From NCBI RefSeq assembly GCF_006345805.1, contig NC_043000.1, positions 87,854,001-87,918,000 of the forward strand: DNA of 64,000 nt. The letters are read 5' to 3'. The notes below the pieces were generated by a model. That model searched no databases. It had not been told where the DNA came from and was given only the letters and a program-made list of their open reading frames with translations. Shown piece by piece: positions 61,588-64,000 of this stretch. A program made the position numbers and the translations under genes. Numbering within the stretch: the first letter of the stretch is position 1; each line of letters begins with the position of its first letter. Origin of the DNA: Octopus sinensis (taxonomy: Eukaryota).

Positions 61588-62992
61588 GTTCTATAAGGGG
61601 ACTTTTCTATATGTCATTGGCGTCATTGAGGTTAAGGAAAAAAAATTATCAACGACATTGCTAATTGACACATTATTAATTATAGAATAGCCTGAAAAAA
61701 TCGTGGATTACCTGAAAAAATGCAAGCAAAAGAAAAAATATTTTCAAAATTATAAACCTGTAAAATTACAGGACAAGTTATAACACTTGGAAAAGTTCAG
61801 GATAACTTATTACATCTAGTAAAGTACAAAACAAGAAACTTTTTACTTAAAAATATTGCAGTTAAGGATAAAATTTGAATATTAAAATTATTTTGTTAAA
61901 ATATTGAAACACTAGAATACTTTAAAAAATGAGAGTCAGAAGTACCAATATAGCTAAAGTTTTATGCAAAGTAGAATAATGGTACATATGGTAGGCAAAT
62001 TCATTATGTAAAAAAATAGGCATTAGCTCAAGACTAAAAATTCGAAGACTTGGCAATAACTCAAGCAAATTTTACTGTGAATTTGTTGTTATAGGTAGAT
62101 TTTACTGCAATATATAACTAATTTTTGTATTATTCTATTTATTGTACTTATTATGTACTACTATTATTTTTGATAACCTATTTTCAAATGTCTGATTATT
62201 AATTTTTAAAAATGAATTTTTTAAAGTGCAAAAAATATTTTGAGTTAATTTTTATTTTTAATAGAAGTACAAGTAATAACAAATAGAAGTAATAACTTTT
62301 AATAAAACTTTTAGCTCTTTAAAAGCTAATATTTTCTAAATCTAAATATTTTATTTGAAATTTTATCCTTAGCTGCAATATTTTAAGCAAAAATATTCTT
62401 ATTCTGTGCTTTACCAGATGTAATAAGTTGTCCTGCACTTTTCCAAGAGTAATAATTTGTCCAGTACTTTTCCAGATTTATAATGTTAAGAATACTATTT
62501 CTCTTGCTTGCATTTTTCCATATATGTATAATTGAGCTAGAGTCACTAGTCTCAAAATAGTGGAATGACATCAGACTAATACTCTTTGACATAGTTTTTG
62601 ACAATTAATTCTCTGGTTGTTGCCCAATAATTTTTTTTCAAGTGTTATGATACATTTTCAATTGATGTCTCCAAAATTAATCAGTATATATTGATTACCA
62701 ATAAATGTGTTGAAATATTTAAAGATGTTGACTTTGATCTATGAAGATATGTTGTTTTATCTGAGAAACTGTTTTAATTTTTTTCAGTATATATCCCAGA
62801 AAAAAAAAATCTCTCTTGACACAGAACCAATCAGCAAATATTTGTGTTGAAAGATAGCATTTGTTGATTCTAAAATATGGAAAACTGCCAATATTTATCA
62901 GAAATTTGGGTGAATAAGTACCTTTAAGACAATAACATTCCAGGCAAATACATTTTAGTACTTACATTGCTAGTCGTGAGTTGGCAAAATCC

Positions 62993-63213
62993 TTAACCCT
63001 TTTGATATCAATGTATCTGAAACCATTCTTATAAGACAAATTCCTCATTTTAAAGTGATAAAATTAAAAACCTTCCCACAAAATTGCAGGTTAATTTGTT
63101 TCAAAGGACAGTTTAATAATGACAAAATTATTTTACAAATTTTTCAATATTTTCAAAATTAAATAAAACAAAGGCAGTGTATTTCAAAATAAATGTGACA
63201 GCAAAAGGGTTAA
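62993..63213. mobile_element. piggyBac-like MITE
   Basis: TTAA-CCCTTTTG ... CAAAAGGG-TTAA. Confidence 0.7.
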
Positions 63214-63298
63214 TGCATCAAATAAAACAACTGACAGAACAAGTACAAGGCTTACAATGAATAAGTCTCGGGGGTTGATTTCTACGACTAAAAATCCT

Positions 63299-63527
63299 TT
63301 AACCCTTTTATTACCATATTTCCATTCAAATATACTCTTTTTTTTTCAATTAATTTTCAAAAAAGAAAAATTACTAAATTAACTCTGACATTATTCAGCT
63401 GTGGTTTGGAACATGAATTAACATAAAATTAATATAATGGAAATATTAATTTAAATTACTTTAAAATGAGATGTTTGTATCATAGGACCAAGGGCAGTTT
63501 TAGATGGGTTGGTATCGAAAGGGTTAA
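63299..63527. mobile_element. piggyBac-like MITE (second family)
   Basis: TTAA-CCCTTTTATTACC ... GGTATCGAAAGGG-TTAA. Confidence 0.72.
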
Positions 63528-63605
63528 AACATGGCCTCAGTCAAATGATTGAAATGTGTAAAAGAATAAAAGAATATATACATATATATATAAAAATTGA
63601 CGTAC

Positions 63606-63759
63606 CATCAAGTTGTACCTGCATTTTTAGTGTTGGAATAATGCGTGTGTAACATACTCCAGGCACTATAGGGAAAACATTTTCAATGGTCATATCAGGG
63701 TTCTTTTCTATTTCCAACTTGATAACAGCTTCAGCTTGCATGCGGAAATCATCTGTCAC
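63606..63759 (-). CDS. FOCAD: Focadhesin-like gene, coding exon A (154 nt, phase 0->1): VTDDFRMQAEAVIKLEIEKNPDMTIENVFPIVPGVCYTRIIPTLKMQVQLD
   Basis: Acceptor ttacag|GTG, donor ATG|gtacgt. The VPGxCY motif matches recalled FOCAD 'VPGSCYLKLL'. The trailing G plus CT of the next exon gives Ala, continuing as 'QLDAYEEF'. Confidence 0.85.
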
Positions 63760-63869
63760 CTGTAAGATTTTAAGTTATCGTATTGTAATATTCTTGATAA
63801 TTTGGATAATCACAGCTTCTATATTAATCTAATTTATGTAGCACAATTAGTAATTATACATTTAATGTG

Positions 63870-64000
63870 GCTTGTCTTATGGCTCAGTGGTGAAAGCGTT
63901 GGGCTTCCAATCATGAAGTAGTGAGTTTGATTCCCAGACCAGGCAGTTGTGTTTTTGAGCAAGACACTTTATTTGATGTTGCTCCAGTTCACCCAGTTGC
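63870..64000 (+). mobile_element. 5' part of a tRNA-derived SINE cut by the window end
   Basis: tggctcagtggtgaaagcg..gtgagtttgattcccagacc..ttgagcaagacactttattt. Confidence 0.7.

Overview
AT-rich, repeat-dense animal genomic DNA. The SINE, RTE and Penelope families look like octopus/coleoid families (inference from recall, no database search). The only host gene I can support is on the minus strand: four GT-AG exons (63759-63606, 40037-39852, 30313-30198, 29484-29392) with compatible phases. They splice into an open 183-aa peptide resembling the central part of focadhesin (FOCAD/KIAA1797). Nearly all the rest is intronic or presumed intronic, and holds: the 3' half of an R4/Dong-type RLE LINE; a near-complete RTE LINE with an open APE-RT ORF, a PHD-like finger and a YADD->YADV substitution; a 5.4-kb GC-rich Neptune-type Penelope-like element (PLE) with a 2.7-kb CA-rich non-coding arm; a 5'-truncated Naiad-type PLE; several PLE tails with minimal hammerhead ribozyme motifs; many tRNA-derived SINEs; TTAA-flanked piggyBac-like MITEs; a tRNA-Asp pseudogene abutting an RTE tail; and two recent tandem duplications (4.29 kb with CCAGGG microhomology, 1.25 kb bounded by (TA)n). 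The larger duplication gives an empty/filled-site pair for the Neptune insertion. Best leads: the Neptune non-coding arm, a Pol III box + hammerhead module inside a PLE 3' region, hammerheads on the sense strand of the host pre-mRNA, and the tRNA-Asp/RTE chimera. Exon and motif coordinates were counted by hand; repeat boundaries are approximate (+/-10-20 bp). All family names come from motif recall and need HMM/Dfam/BLAST confirmation.
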